Counted from the first letter of the stretch, positions 9,862 to 20,005 are shown. The stretch: DNA of 64,000 nt from an uncultured virus (IMG/VR IMGVR_UViG_3300017917_003066) (IMGVR_UViG_3300017917_003066); one strand, 5' to 3'. Notes: generated by a model not told the origin, from the sequence alone. A program made the numbers and translations.

Positions 9862-10082
9862 ATTCCTAATTGTTTTAATTTCTTTTCACGAGCGATATCT
9901 ATCATTTCAAATCGTTTATGGTAATAAGATCCTTTTTTACCTATATCATTAATAACATTATAAACATGGTCACTAGTTGATATATTATCACCAAGTGCTT
10001 CATAAGTTTTACCTACTGTTAGATTAACAAGGTTATCCATAGCACCATCCATTGGACCATTATTAACACAAACTACTTTCAT
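9858..10082 (-). CDS. MKV.C family protein with C-terminal tag
   Basis: MKVVC...LTVGKTY; ends REKKLKQLGI. Confidence 0.75.
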   Translation of the reverse strand: MKVVCVNNGPMDGAMDNLVNLTVGKTYEALGDNISTSDHVYNVINDIGKKGSYYHKRFEMIDIAREKKLKQLGI

Positions 10083-10297
10083 AATATTTTATCTATTTGT
10101 CTTTTACGCCATTCATCTAATTTGAGGAATGTATTTTTAGAATAATATTCTTTATTACCTTTATCATTAATAATAAAATAATTATAATCATCAATACCTT
10201 TTATACCACAACCAGGTAAGACATCATAAATCTTACTAAATGTTAATTCATATTGTAAGCCTTGTGAACGGTATTTCTTAATACAAACTACTTTCAT
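10079..10297 (-). CDS. MKV.C family protein with C-terminal tag
   Basis: MKVVC...LTFSKIY; ends WRKRQIDKIL. Confidence 0.75.
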   Translation of the reverse strand: MKVVCIKKYRSQGLQYELTFSKIYDVLPGCGIKGIDDYNYFIINDKGNKEYYSKNTFLKLDEWRKRQIDKIL

Positions 10298-10506
10298 TTC
10301 AATATCTTTTTAATAGTATCTTCTCTATTACAAGATTCACATATCAACTTATAACCACCAACAGTTACATCACCTGTAACTATTACACATCTGATTATAA
10401 TATTTACAATAGTAACAAATCGACTAGGTGGTTTAACAAAGTATTTATCTTTTACCAAATCAAACTTAGAATCACAGTCTGGACATATTCTTTCAGTTAA
10501 TCTCAT
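10294..10506 (-). CDS. zinc-finger-like small protein with C-terminal tag
   Basis: CPDC...CESC; ends REDTIKKILK. Confidence 0.7.
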   Translation of the reverse strand: MRLTERICPDCDSKFDLVKDKYFVKPPSRFVTIVNIIIRCVIVTGDVTVGGYKLICESCNREDTIKKILK

Positions 10507-10736
10507 ATACCTAATATTTCAAGTTTATCTAATCGAATAGATTGAACATCTAGTTTGACCTTTCCAGCGTGTAATGCGCCGTATTCAAGTTGTTCAGGTG
10601 TATATTGAGTTTTACGACCATTCTCCCAATAAATAACAATATTATCACCTATCATTTTAGTGACCTTACCCTTTAAGGATAAATTAGGTTGGTCATAATC
10701 TTCCCAATATACTTTATCGCCTAAATTAAAACTCAT
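10503..10736 (-). CDS. small SH3/KOW-like protein with C-terminal tag
   Basis: FNLGDKV...KGKV; ends RLDKLEILGI. Confidence 0.7.
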   Translation of the reverse strand: MSFNLGDKVYWEDYDQPNLSLKGKVTKMIGDNIVIYWENGRKTQYTPEQLEYGALHAGKVKLDVQSIRLDKLEILGI

Positions 10737-10772
10737 ATACCTAAGTTAATATACATTGAAATTTTAATTTCA

Positions 10773-10988
10773 TTATACAATATTTAACTCAACTTCTTTA
10801 ATTTCTAATTGGTCATTTGTGTACACTTCATTCATATCATCAATGTGATAAACTTCAGGACAATGTTTCATAATTGAATCAGCCATATATTTATCCATCA
10901 ACATTGGTAATTCACATACATATTCTCCCATTTCATCTGCGTTGAAGAATAAATCCTTTTCTTTTACTTTTACTACTAAATATTTCAT
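10773..10988 (-). CDS. hypothetical protein
   Basis: 71-aa ORF in operon, ATGA overlap. Confidence 0.7.
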   Translation of the reverse strand: MKYLVVKVKEKDLFFNADEMGEYVCELPMLMDKYMADSIMKHCPEVYHIDDMNEVYTNDQLEIKEVELNIV

Positions 10989-11473
10989 ATTCCTAATAAT
11001 TCTAATGATTCTTTTCTTATTACATATGTTTTGAATCTTTCAGAAGACTCACTATCTCTCATGATTCTATCATATAACTCTTTAGTATCAACTCGATATG
11101 TCCAGTTTGGATGTATAGTTTCTGATATTCTTTGACCATCAACAACCTTTATATTAACCTTAGTAGTTACTTTAATGATAATTGATTTAGGGTTCTTTTT
11201 AGCAAACTGAATAATATCACCTTGTTTTAAGAATGGTGATATAGAGTTTTGACCGGCTTTTAATCCGGTTTGAACCGCTTTAATATTAAAGTAACTATTA
11301 ATATGATATTCAGAACCAATTTCAATCCACTCAGAAAAATAATCTAATAATCTAGATTCTTTTAACTGAGAGAGTTCATTATTCTGTATAGATAAAGCAG
11401 CAACCTGTTTTTGTAATTCTCTGATTGCTTCTTTATTACTATTATACTTACTATCTATTTCAGATATTCTCAT
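10985..11473 (-). CDS. hypothetical protein with C-terminal tag
   Basis: ends RKESLELLGI. Confidence 0.75.
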   Translation of the reverse strand: MRISEIDSKYNSNKEAIRELQKQVAALSIQNNELSQLKESRLLDYFSEWIEIGSEYHINSYFNIKAVQTGLKAGQNSISPFLKQGDIIQFAKKNPKSIIIKVTTKVNIKVVDGQRISETIHPNWTYRVDTKELYDRIMRDSESSERFKTYVIRKESLELLGI

Positions 11474-12003
11474 TTATTCTTTTCGATAAAAAGTTTATTA
11501 TCTAAGGCATAAAACAATTGAATAAAGTATCTTTTATCTTTATTCTTAACATCACCGGTATAACTATCATAACTTCTACCGTTAGTCATTCTAATTTTAG
11601 ACATAGGTTGTGTTCTTAATAATTCAATATCAGAATCGCTTAGATTAAAGTAAGCCTCACCTTCACAGTTAAATTTCTTCCAAGACTTTTTAGTTATTTT
11701 TTCACCATTTTCAAAAAGAATAATAATCTCGTCATTTTCATTACAACTTCCAATACCAACCATTTTAACTGTAATCATACCGAATGAAAAGTCATTCTTG
11801 ATATAAGTATCAATTCTAAATCCTTTTGATGATTCATCGTTAGCAACTACGAATGCTCTGTTACCGTAAACATAAGTATCACCTGACATAGCGTCTGTTT
11901 CTTTTACTACATAAACACTATCAGGAGATGCTGTTTGAGCAAAAGATAACATTGTTGTAAAACACATAATAAGTGTTAAGATAATTAATTTTAAATTTTT
12001 CAT
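11470..12003 (-). CDS. secreted hypothetical protein
   Basis: signal peptide ending SFA-Q. Confidence 0.75.
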   Translation of the reverse strand: MKNLKLIILTLIMCFTTMLSFAQTASPDSVYVVKETDAMSGDTYVYGNRAFVVANDESSKGFRIDTYIKNDFSFGMITVKMVGIGSCNENDEIIILFENGEKITKKSWKKFNCEGEAYFNLSDSDIELLRTQPMSKIRMTNGRSYDSYTGDVKNKDKRYFIQLFYALDNKLFIEKNK

Positions 12004-12081
12004 TTTATTGGGGTTTTATTTTTTTATTATTATTTGTAATATTGTTTAGTAATTGTTAAAAACTTAAATAAATATTAACAG

Positions 12082-12333
12082 TTAAGATTTTTGATAAACT
12101 CTATTTTTAGGTGCTGTTACTATAATCTTTACTTCATCACCATTTACTTCTAATACTTCACCAGAGTATTGGTCATTCATAACCGGTACAGTTACCGAAT
12201 CACCTGGTTTAATAACTTTAGAAAAAGCCTTACGATTACGTTCATTACGAACCGTATTAATGATTATTCTAATTGTCATAAATGACATAAAAATGAGTAG
12301 TACTATCCACCCAACACTTGTGATTGTTTCCAT
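12082..12333 (-). CDS. YajC-like single-TM protein
   Basis: N-terminal TM, then IKPGDSV...GEVLEV. Confidence 0.5.
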   Translation of the reverse strand: METITSVGWIVLLIFMSFMTIRIIINTVRNERNRKAFSKVIKPGDSVTVPVMNDQYSGEVLEVNGDEVKIIVTAPKNRVYQKS

Positions 12334-12336
12334 ATA

Positions 12337-12612
12337 TTAATTTTGTTTTTCGTAATCGTTTGAAAATACTCCTGTTCTAACCCACCATTTTTCACCATTT
12401 GTCATATCTACTTCATAGATACGTTGACCTTTATTTAGATAGTTAAATGGTGTTCCAAATATAGTCATATGAGTTTCAATGTTTTGAATACTCATGTTAT
12501 GTTCTGTGGCCCATTGGTTAACTTCTGATTTTTCGCTATCAATTCTTTCTACAATAAGTAAGATACCAATAAACAAAAGTAAGACAACACCTATTACTTT
12601 TAGTAAATTCAT
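12337..12612 (-). CDS. membrane-anchored hypothetical protein
   Basis: N-terminal hydrophobic helix. Confidence 0.65.
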   Translation of the reverse strand: MNLLKVIGVVLLLFIGILLIVERIDSEKSEVNQWATEHNMSIQNIETHMTIFGTPFNYLNKGQRIYEVDMTNGEKWWVRTGVFSNDYEKQN

Positions 12613-12615
12613 ACT

Positions 12616-12774
12616 TTATTTATTAGCCCAATATTCTTTATGATTTAAATTTGGATTACTAGGTCTTGGAATTGTTCCTAACTTAATTAGTTTATTCCAT
12701 TGTAATCTTTCTCTGTACTTACCAATTGAGTATCCAATAACTGCTACGATTGGTAATAAAATAAGTGTTATCAT
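12616..12774 (-). CDS. small membrane-anchored protein (52 aa, absent from ORF track)
   Basis: MITLILLPIVAVIGYSIGKY... fills the operon gap. Confidence 0.5.
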   Translation of the reverse strand: MITLILLPIVAVIGYSIGKYRERLQWNKLIKLGTIPRPSNPNLNHKEYWANK

Positions 12775-12791
12775 TTAATATAATTTAGGGG

Positions 12792-13100
12792 TTATTTTAA
12801 TTTTTCAACATTAAAACCACTTACACGAATTTGTAATTGGTGGTCATAATTACTTTGATAAAGAACGCCTTCAAATGGACGGTGTAAAAGAATATCTACA
12901 ATAGATGCTTCTAAAGCAGAAATACGAGAAGGCATAATGAAAAAGAAATCGCCGTATTGGCTAACTAATTTACCAGGTTTAGCATCACGAATATCATCTG
13001 AATATTCAAATGTTACTCTACCAATACTATCAGGGTGTTCTTTATAAGCTTTTTCAAATGCTTTAATCAGAATCTCGGCTTTTTGTTTTTGAGTCTCCAT
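12792..13100 (-). CDS. hypothetical protein, first gene of operon
   Basis: TATATTTG at 13118-13125. Confidence 0.7.
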   Translation of the reverse strand: METQKQKAEILIKAFEKAYKEHPDSIGRVTFEYSDDIRDAKPGKLVSQYGDFFFIMPSRISALEASIVDILLHRPFEGVLYQSNYDHQLQIRVSGFNVEKLK

Positions 13101-13207
13101 ATTATACCTTTATTATACAAATATAATAAAATTAAATTAAATACAAAAATATGAGACAGAATTTTGTATGTTCTTAAAATATTAATTTAGATATTAATAT
13201 ATATGTT

Positions 13208-15739
13208 ATGGCAAATATTATATTCAAAGGTGGATGGAGTGGAACAGGAGCTCCTTTACAAAGCACTCAAACATATTACAACGGTGAAGTTGTATTATAT
13301 GGTGTAGTAACTTACATTGTAAAAGTTGATAATGTTGCGATTGGTTCACCATCTCCTGATAATGATATGTCTAGCTGGGATGTTTTTGTACCCGGTGGTA
13401 ATAATGGCACATCAGGAACATCTGGTTTAAGTGGTGGTGGTGGTGGTACAGCTAGTGGTTCATCAGGAACATCAGGATATGGTATACCTCAAGGTGGAAC
13501 AAGTGGTCAAATACTTTCTAAAATTGATGGTGTTGATTATAATACCCAGTGGGTTAATAAAGAAAATGGAACTCCAAAATACTTACAAAATATAGATTCT
13601 AATGGTTCAGGTTTAACTGATAGCGTTGCTTATCAATTTACTGGTAACTATGGATATACAGCAAGTGGTAATGGTGTTAGTCAACCTAAACCAGATGCTA
13701 TCATAGTTGGTGGTTATAAATACGGACTAAGTGAAGTAGGTCCACAAACAGTAGGAGTAAGAGATAATTCTCAAACAGTAGATGGTACGGCAATTTATCC
13801 ACAGTTTCAAGTTATAGCAGGTACTTCTTATCCAGGTGGATATACGGCTGGTGTTGCTGCGGTATCAACATTTGTTTCAGATGGTGTTTTAAATAGAAGA
13901 TCATCTTTATTTACAAACTACAATCAAGGTTTATGGGGGCTATCAAATATTGGTTCATCTGGTGGATTTACATTTGGTATCTGGCAAGGTCAAAATAGAG
14001 TATTAAGTATATTAACAAATAATAATGTTAATTTCCAACCAGGTGGCACACATTCAGATAGTGGTTATTTTTTCACAGTCGGTAGTACATCATATTTCAA
14101 AGATAAGATAACTATTAGTCAATCAGCTGGTTTACAATTTTTAGGTTTAACATCTGGTACACCAACATCAACAGGTCAAGCAATAGGTGTTGATTCAAAT
14201 GGTAATGTAGTAACAGTAACTGGTGGATCTGGATCTTCAGGAACAAGTGGTTCTGTTGGTTCACCGGGTGGTATCTATGGTAGATGGAATTGGAGTACTT
14301 CTACAAATACTGCTGGTAATTGGAATAGCAATAATGGAAGTAATTTAATTGATTCTAATATATCAACTTTAATTTTCAATAGTACCGAAAGTTCTGGCTC
14401 AGTTGCTTATGATAGTATATTTGATAGATTAACTAGTGGTTCTAGTATTGTTGCGGAGAATCCAGTAAATGGTAGTCAAAAGAGATATTGGAGAGTTGTT
14501 TCATTGGATAGTAAGGTTAGTAATCTACCTTCTTCAAATACCAACACATACACATATACCGTTGTTGACTTAGTGCCTGGTAATACAGCATCATTTTCTT
14601 ATAGTAGTACAAATTGGGTATTTGGATTAGCCGGATCATCTGGAACAAGTGGTAATACTGGTTCTTCTGGAACATCTGGATCATCTGGAACAAGTGGTAA
14701 TACTGGTTCTTCTGGAACATCTGGATCATCTGGAACAAGTGGTAATACTGGTTCTTCTGGAACAAGTGGAGTATCACCTAATTCAAATTTAACAATAACT
14801 TCTAAAACAGAAACCTATTCATTACAAACTTCTGATTTGAATAGTGTTATATTTATGAGTACAGCAACCTCATCGTATCTATCAATAGGATTAGATATTT
14901 CTTTCTCACCTTCATTTCCTAGTGGTGGAACAGTTCAATTAGTAAATAGTGGAACAGGTTCAGTTGGATTTACATATTCATCTGGTGTAACAGTAAATTC
15001 ATCAAATGGTTGGAATATGTTAATAGGTCAATATTATCAAATGACTTTATTGAAATATGGTAATGATACTTGGTTAGCCTATGGTGGTTTAACAGCAACT
15101 CCTCCAGCTCAATCAGCACCAGTAAATACATCAGCACCTGCTATTACAGGCACGCCTTTACCAGGTAGTACACTAACTACATCTACTGGTACTTGGGCAG
15201 GTAACCCAACACCGACATTTACATATCAATGGTATAGAGGTGACTCACTAATAAGTGGTGCTACTAACCCTACATACTCAGTAAGTTCTTATGTTCAGTA
15301 TGGTGACTTTATGTCTGGTTCAGTAAGTATAGCAGATTTAGGATTAACATTAAGTTGTATTGTCACAGCAACTAACGTTGCTGGTTCAGCAACAGTATCA
15401 AGTACTGGTAGTAAGTATGTTAATTATAACTTCTTGATATTTAACTCTAATTCAACAAGAACTGTTTCTAATGCTACAATAGCAAGTACTCAAGTTACTT
15501 TAACTGATGGTTCTTATCCTGTTTCACAAAATCAAGTGGTTGGAGCTAGCTCACACTCATCATTTACACTTAATCAATTAGTATATACATTTGGTGGTTC
15601 AGGATTCTGGTCTACAAGTAGATTATACAAGAATGGTGTCATTGAGGGTGGACCAGGTGATGGATATGCAGGTGGATCATTTACTGCTGGTGGAACGACA
15701 GCTAGTACAACTGATGTATTAATATTTATTGGAACATAA
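13208..15739 (+). CDS. virion fibre/adhesin-like protein with GSSGTSG repeats and Ig-like C-terminal domain
   Basis: 843 aa, G/S/T-rich; PVNTSAPAITG...TGTWAGNPTPTFTYQW; TAATATATA at 13195-13203. Confidence 0.65.
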   Translation: MANIIFKGGWSGTGAPLQSTQTYYNGEVVLYGVVTYIVKVDNVAIGSPSPDNDMSSWDVFVPGGNNGTSGTSGLSGGGGGTASGSSGTSGYGIPQGGTSGQILSKIDGVDYNTQWVNKENGTPKYLQNIDSNGSGLTDSVAYQFTGNYGYTASGNGVSQPKPDAIIVGGYKYGLSEVGPQTVGVRDNSQTVDGTAIYPQFQVIAGTSYPGGYTAGVAAVSTFVSDGVLNRRSSLFTNYNQGLWGLSNIGSSGGFTFGIWQGQNRVLSILTNNNVNFQPGGTHSDSGYFFTVGSTSYFKDKITISQSAGLQFLGLTSGTPTSTGQAIGVDSNGNVVTVTGGSGSSGTSGSVGSPGGIYGRWNWSTSTNTAGNWNSNNGSNLIDSNISTLIFNSTESSGSVAYDSIFDRLTSGSSIVAENPVNGSQKRYWRVVSLDSKVSNLPSSNTNTYTYTVVDLVPGNTASFSYSSTNWVFGLAGSSGTSGNTGSSGTSGSSGTSGNTGSSGTSGSSGTSGNTGSSGTSGVSPNSNLTITSKTETYSLQTSDLNSVIFMSTATSSYLSIGLDISFSPSFPSGGTVQLVNSGTGSVGFTYSSGVTVNSSNGWNMLIGQYYQMTLLKYGNDTWLAYGGLTATPPAQSAPVNTSAPAITGTPLPGSTLTTSTGTWAGNPTPTFTYQWYRGDSLISGATNPTYSVSSYVQYGDFMSGSVSIADLGLTLSCIVTATNVAGSATVSSTGSKYVNYNFLIFNSNSTRTVSNATIASTQVTLTDGSYPVSQNQVVGASSHSSFTLNQLVYTFGGSGFWSTSRLYKNGVIEGGPGDGYAGGSFTAGGTTASTTDVLIFIGT
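14633..14767 (+). repeat. 3 x 45-nt in-frame tandem repeat
   Basis: ggatcatctggaacaagtggtaatactggttcttctggaaca(tct/agt) x3, encoding Gly/Ser/Thr-rich units. Confidence 0.9.
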
Positions 15740-15775
15740 TTTTAATATATACACATTATAAAAATAATATCAAAT

Positions 15776-16891
15776 ATGAAAAATTTCAAAGATATGATAA
15801 AAGAAGCTGAAGAAGCTGAAGTAAAAAATGACAATCAAGATACTACTGATACTGATCAAGTAGAAACTAAACCTGAGTCTAGTGAAGGTAGTGAAAAAGA
15901 AGATTTAATTTCAGGTGCTCAAACACTTAAAGATATTATTAATCTACCTTATGATCAATTCATTCAAAAACTAACCGGTAAAACTCCACCAACTAAAGGA
16001 CAGGAAGTAGCTGAGATAGATCCTAAAGTAACTAAAGTTCTTTCTATGGGTAAATCTGATTTGAAATTAGAAGATGAGAAAGTTCCAGTTAATGACCAAG
16101 CTGTTATAGCTGTTAAGAATTTATTTCCTACACAAGCACAAATTGGCTTATTAGATTCTATTGGATTTATTGCTTTCAAATTACCTGAGGCAGCAAACAA
16201 TGCTCTTTCTGGTAAGGCTGATTTCAAAGGTGAAAGAATATTAACGGCTAATGGTAAATATATCCTAGATGGTCATCATAGATGGTCACAAACATATATT
16301 CTTAATCCAAATGCTACTATACCTGCATTAGATTTGAAATTAAATGTTAATAATGAAAAAGAAATGCTAAAAGTAATTCAAATGGCAATTGCTGCTACTT
16401 ATGGTAAGATAGCAATGAAAGCGGCTAATGCGGCTACTGATATTTATAATGATGAAATTGTGAAGAAATACAATGCTGAATATAAAATTGAAGGTGATAC
16501 TACATTAGGTTTAGTTAAAGCTATACTTGATGGTAAATGTGGTATGCCTGAAGGTGGTGATATTAAAAACGTAGAAAAGTTTATTGATGTTATTAAAGAA
16601 GCCAAAGGTTTAGAAAATAGAGAAGCAGTTGAAAAGTATTTAGCCGGAAATGCTGATATGTTAAGAAAGAATAATGGTAAACCAGAAAGTGCTCCAGCAA
16701 GATCAATTATGCCTCAGCCTGGTGATACTGCTAAGGCTGTGGGTAAAGGTGATGGTGAGAAGATTGCTGGTATACCAAAAGATTTTGTGGATCAGTTAAG
16801 TTCTGGTAAATTAAATTTCAAACCTGACTTTTTGAATATTAAGAAAGAGTCTAAGTATATTAAAACATTCGAACAATTTAGAAATAAGTAA
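15776..16891 (+). CDS. ParB/Srx-like domain protein
   Basis: LFPTQAQI and YILDGHHRW; tag-like MKNFKDMIKE at N-terminus and KYIKTFE at C-terminus. Confidence 0.65.
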   Translation: MKNFKDMIKEAEEAEVKNDNQDTTDTDQVETKPESSEGSEKEDLISGAQTLKDIINLPYDQFIQKLTGKTPPTKGQEVAEIDPKVTKVLSMGKSDLKLEDEKVPVNDQAVIAVKNLFPTQAQIGLLDSIGFIAFKLPEAANNALSGKADFKGERILTANGKYILDGHHRWSQTYILNPNATIPALDLKLNVNNEKEMLKVIQMAIAATYGKIAMKAANAATDIYNDEIVKKYNAEYKIEGDTTLGLVKAILDGKCGMPEGGDIKNVEKFIDVIKEAKGLENREAVEKYLAGNADMLRKNNGKPESAPARSIMPQPGDTAKAVGKGDGEKIAGIPKDFVDQLSSGKLNFKPDFLNIKKESKYIKTFEQFRNK

Positions 16892-16911
16892 TTTAATAAA
16901 ATAATAAACAT

Positions 16912-16939
16912 AAACCCAATCAAATTGATTGGGTTTTTT
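16912..16939 (+). terminator. intrinsic terminator
   Basis: CCCAATCA-aat-TGATTGGG-T6, near-identical to the 9042 hairpin. Confidence 0.75.
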
Positions 16940-16956
16940 ATTTAATATATACTCTA

Positions 16957-17847
16957 ATGAAATATCTAAAATCATATAAAATATTTGAATCCGCGAAATC
17001 TTTAGTAGATACTTATCTATCAAAATTAGATACTACTCGTCAAGATATTATTGATATCTTTCAAGGTGTTGTTGACTTAGGCTTTAGTCCGAAGTTCAAG
17101 TTAGTTTATTTAGATAAAGATGGTAAAGCAAGAGAAGAGAAATCAAGTGGTCAAGAAACGCCTTTATTGACGGTTAAGTTCACAGCACCTAATGAAAAGT
17201 ATATTGGTGGTTCTGTTAGATTTGATAATTTAGATTACTTAGAAAACCTTTATCATAGTTTATCTATGTTTATGTCAATGTTCAAAGGTAAGTGTAATGT
17301 TGAATATGAATTAGATAATATGATTGAACTAAAACTTAGATTACAATTTGATACTGAGTATGATGAAAATAAAGTATCTGTAAGTAAAGAAGAAATACAT
17401 GATGCTTTAGAATCTTGTTTATCTGTAATCCCAGAAGGTTACTCATCTGAAGTTGTAGATGAACTTAGAGGTATAACATTAACGGCTAAACCTGATACTA
17501 CAATTGGTCAAAAATTATTAGACCAATTAATAGCATCTAAGACTGCTAAAGTTATTTCTAACTTAGAAGAAACAGAAAAGATTGCTTTGGATGTTGTTAA
17601 AGAATTAGCTAAGGTTCTTTCTGAGAGACTTAAAAAAGATATTAGATATGTGAGAGGTATTAGTTGGTACAATGGAACAGGTCTTTTTTTATTCAATGGT
17701 GACAAACAAGAACAAATGATAGCTAAAGTTAGAATGAACAACATCTACAACACTAAAACATATAGAGCGGATATCAAAAGAGGATTCCTTAAAGTTGATA
17801 AATGTGAGATAGAATTAGAAACATTAACCATAGAAATTGAATTATGA
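16957..17847 (+). CDS. N-tagged hypothetical protein
   Basis: MKYLKSYKIFES; TAATATATA at 16943-16951. Confidence 0.8.
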   Translation: MKYLKSYKIFESAKSLVDTYLSKLDTTRQDIIDIFQGVVDLGFSPKFKLVYLDKDGKAREEKSSGQETPLLTVKFTAPNEKYIGGSVRFDNLDYLENLYHSLSMFMSMFKGKCNVEYELDNMIELKLRLQFDTEYDENKVSVSKEEIHDALESCLSVIPEGYSSEVVDELRGITLTAKPDTTIGQKLLDQLIASKTAKVISNLEETEKIALDVVKELAKVLSERLKKDIRYVRGISWYNGTGLFLFNGDKQEQMIAKVRMNNIYNTKTYRADIKRGFLKVDKCEIELETLTIEIEL

Positions 17848-18293
17848 AACATATAAAGACATATCAATTATTTGAATCTAATTTGTCTCAATACTTTGAG
17901 ACTGATGTTATTAAAAAGTCAGAAGAGGTAATTGCAGAGTTAAAAGATATTCTACTTGAACTAAGTGATGTTGGCTATCAGGTTAATGTTGATTATGCTC
18001 CTTTTCTACGTCAATATTTAGCATATGATTCACCGGTTATTCGTATTATTATCCAAAAGCAATCAGGAGACTCATATCTAAATCCAGAATTTAGATTTCT
18101 TCCTTTATGGAATAGTGAAGATGATAAAATGGAATTTGATGATGTTATATTAAGAGTTTTACGTTACACTACTAGCGAAGGATATAAATATGAATATGAA
18201 GGTGCTAAATCAGCAGCTGGAGATATTAAAGGTCAAATAGTTAGATACACAATTAATATTTATAAAGAGAATGAGGCACCTAAAAACATATAA
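17844..18293 (+). CDS. N-tagged paralog-family protein
   Basis: MKHIKTYQLFES; LKDILLELSDVG. Confidence 0.8.
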   Translation: MKHIKTYQLFESNLSQYFETDVIKKSEEVIAELKDILLELSDVGYQVNVDYAPFLRQYLAYDSPVIRIIIQKQSGDSYLNPEFRFLPLWNSEDDKMEFDDVILRVLRYTTSEGYKYEYEGAKSAAGDIKGQIVRYTINIYKENEAPKNI

Positions 18294-18807
18294 ATTATTT
18301 GAGTCGAATGATGAAGACACAATGGCTCGATTTCAGTTGTTTGAAGCTGAGTGTGAAATGGCATTTGAATTTGATAAAGGTTTAACTACTGATGTAGAAG
18401 AAATAAAGATGTTTATTAATAAGTATAATCAAACAGTTAATAGCTCAGGTCAATGGTCTGGTGGTCCTGTTAATCAAGAGTTTATTAACTTTTGGAATGA
18501 ATACTACAAAGGTGATAGAAGACCTGCTTCAAGAAAATCTTTGAAACCAACAGTATCTTTATTAATTCAAACTTCAGGTTATGGAACTTTAATGATAGGT
18601 TATTCACCAATAACAAAAAAACCGGTTATGATTAATTGGGGTGGTATTAAGTTTGATGAACCAACCGCTTATGATGAGAGAGTTATGAGTGAGATACTTA
18701 AATATGCTAAAGAAGAAATATACAAGAAAGGTTTAAATATAGATGAAACAATTGATTTCTTACAATTAAATGTTAAAAATAAAATAGATTGGGAATGGCA
18801 AGGATAA
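18271..18807 (+). CDS. N-tagged hypothetical protein
   Basis: MRHLKTYKLFES. Confidence 0.8.
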   Translation: MRHLKTYKLFESNDEDTMARFQLFEAECEMAFEFDKGLTTDVEEIKMFINKYNQTVNSSGQWSGGPVNQEFINFWNEYYKGDRRPASRKSLKPTVSLLIQTSGYGTLMIGYSPITKKPVMINWGGIKFDEPTAYDERVMSEILKYAKEEIYKKGLNIDETIDFLQLNVKNKIDWEWQG

Positions 18808-18812
18808 TACAT

Positions 18813-19094
18813 ATGAAACACTTAAAAACATATAATAAATTATTTGAATCTTCTACTTGGCAAGAAGCTAATGGTAAGTTACAAAAAGAATATCAGTTTA
18901 ATGACTTTACTGAAGCATTAGACTTTATTAATAAGTTAGCAGTTATTTGTGAAAAAGAAAATCACCATCCTGAGATTAATTGGATTTACAATAAAGTAAA
19001 ACTTAATTTATGTACACATGATGCTGGTGATGTTGTTACTGAAAAAGATATAAATTTATCAAGATTAATAGATGAAACACTTAAAGAAATATAA
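18813..19094 (+). CDS. pterin-4a-carbinolamine dehydratase with N-terminal tag
   Basis: F.DF.EA..FIN, ENHHPEI, YNKV...L.THDAG..VTEKD..L; preceded by MKHLKTYNKLFES. Confidence 0.9.
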   Translation: MKHLKTYNKLFESSTWQEANGKLQKEYQFNDFTEALDFINKLAVICEKENHHPEINWIYNKVKLNLCTHDAGDVVTEKDINLSRLIDETLKEI

Positions 19095-19470
19095 CGAATC
19101 TGCTAGTGAATTTACATTCATAGACATTATTAATATCTTACAAGATATTATTGATGAAGGATATGATATTGTTATTTACTCAGCTACAGGTCATTCTTGG
19201 AGACCGGAAGATATTAATAAAGATATTTCTATATTTAGATTAAATAGATATCCAAATTCTCATAAAAAAGAGTTTAAGATTCAAATTGGTTTCAAGATGA
19301 GAGAGTTAGAGTATAGTCCTCTTGTTGATTTCTTTGATGAGATGAAACCAGTTATTGCTAGATTTGAAGATTCTGGTTTTTATCTAAGACGTATGGAGCC
19401 AGAAGTTAATGGCGAATCAGATATTTATCGTTGTTATGGTGTTGACTACGCTTTTGAATCCGATAATTAA
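19072..19470 (+). CDS. N-tagged paralog-family protein
   Basis: MKHLKKYNES; IINILQDIIDEG. Confidence 0.8.
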   Translation: MKHLKKYNESASEFTFIDIINILQDIIDEGYDIVIYSATGHSWRPEDINKDISIFRLNRYPNSHKKEFKIQIGFKMRELEYSPLVDFFDEMKPVIARFEDSGFYLRRMEPEVNGESDIYRCYGVDYAFESDN

Positions 19471-19481
19471 TATATAATCTA

Positions 19482-19922
19482 ATGAAATACCTAAGACGAT
19501 TTAATGATTCTACCGAGACTAAAGTTCTAGACCAATCTGTTATAGATGAGTGTGAAGATATTCTTTTAGAGTTAGAAGATAAAGGTTTTAAAACTAATAT
19601 TCATTCTTATCTAGCAAACCCAACTGGGACACAAACGATTCGTGTCGTGCGTTCATACAATGATATTAATACAGGAAATAAAGATCTTAAAAGTTGGATA
19701 ACTTTTTACTTTAGTAGAAAGAAAGAGTTTGATTATTCAGATATAGAAGATGTGGTTGAAAGATTAAAATCATTCTTATCCGAATATGAATTAAAGATTG
19801 AATGGATGAGTCCAAAGGAAAGATCAGAACAAAGACCTGAAATCAAAACTACAAGAGTTATTAACCCAATGACATTTACACCCGAAGGTATTAAAACTCA
19901 ATGTGAATTACATTTTAGTTAA
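19482..19922 (+). CDS. N-tagged paralog-family protein
   Basis: MKYLRRFNDS; CEDILLELEDKG; VVERLKSFL. Confidence 0.8.
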   Translation: MKYLRRFNDSTETKVLDQSVIDECEDILLELEDKGFKTNIHSYLANPTGTQTIRVVRSYNDINTGNKDLKSWITFYFSRKKEFDYSDIEDVVERLKSFLSEYELKIEWMSPKERSEQRPEIKTTRVINPMTFTPEGIKTQCELHFS

Positions 19923-20005
19923 TGTGGTGGGCAAAAAAATTCCTGGAAAATTTTTTTAAACTGACGTGCCGTCAGATTTTGTCATAATAATTTAATATAT
20001 AAGAA

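Noticed and set aside
14633..14767. 45-nt direct repeats as a possible CRISPR array
   Set aside because: No unique spacers; the repeats are contiguous, in frame and encode Gly/Ser/Thr peptide; no cas genes are visible.
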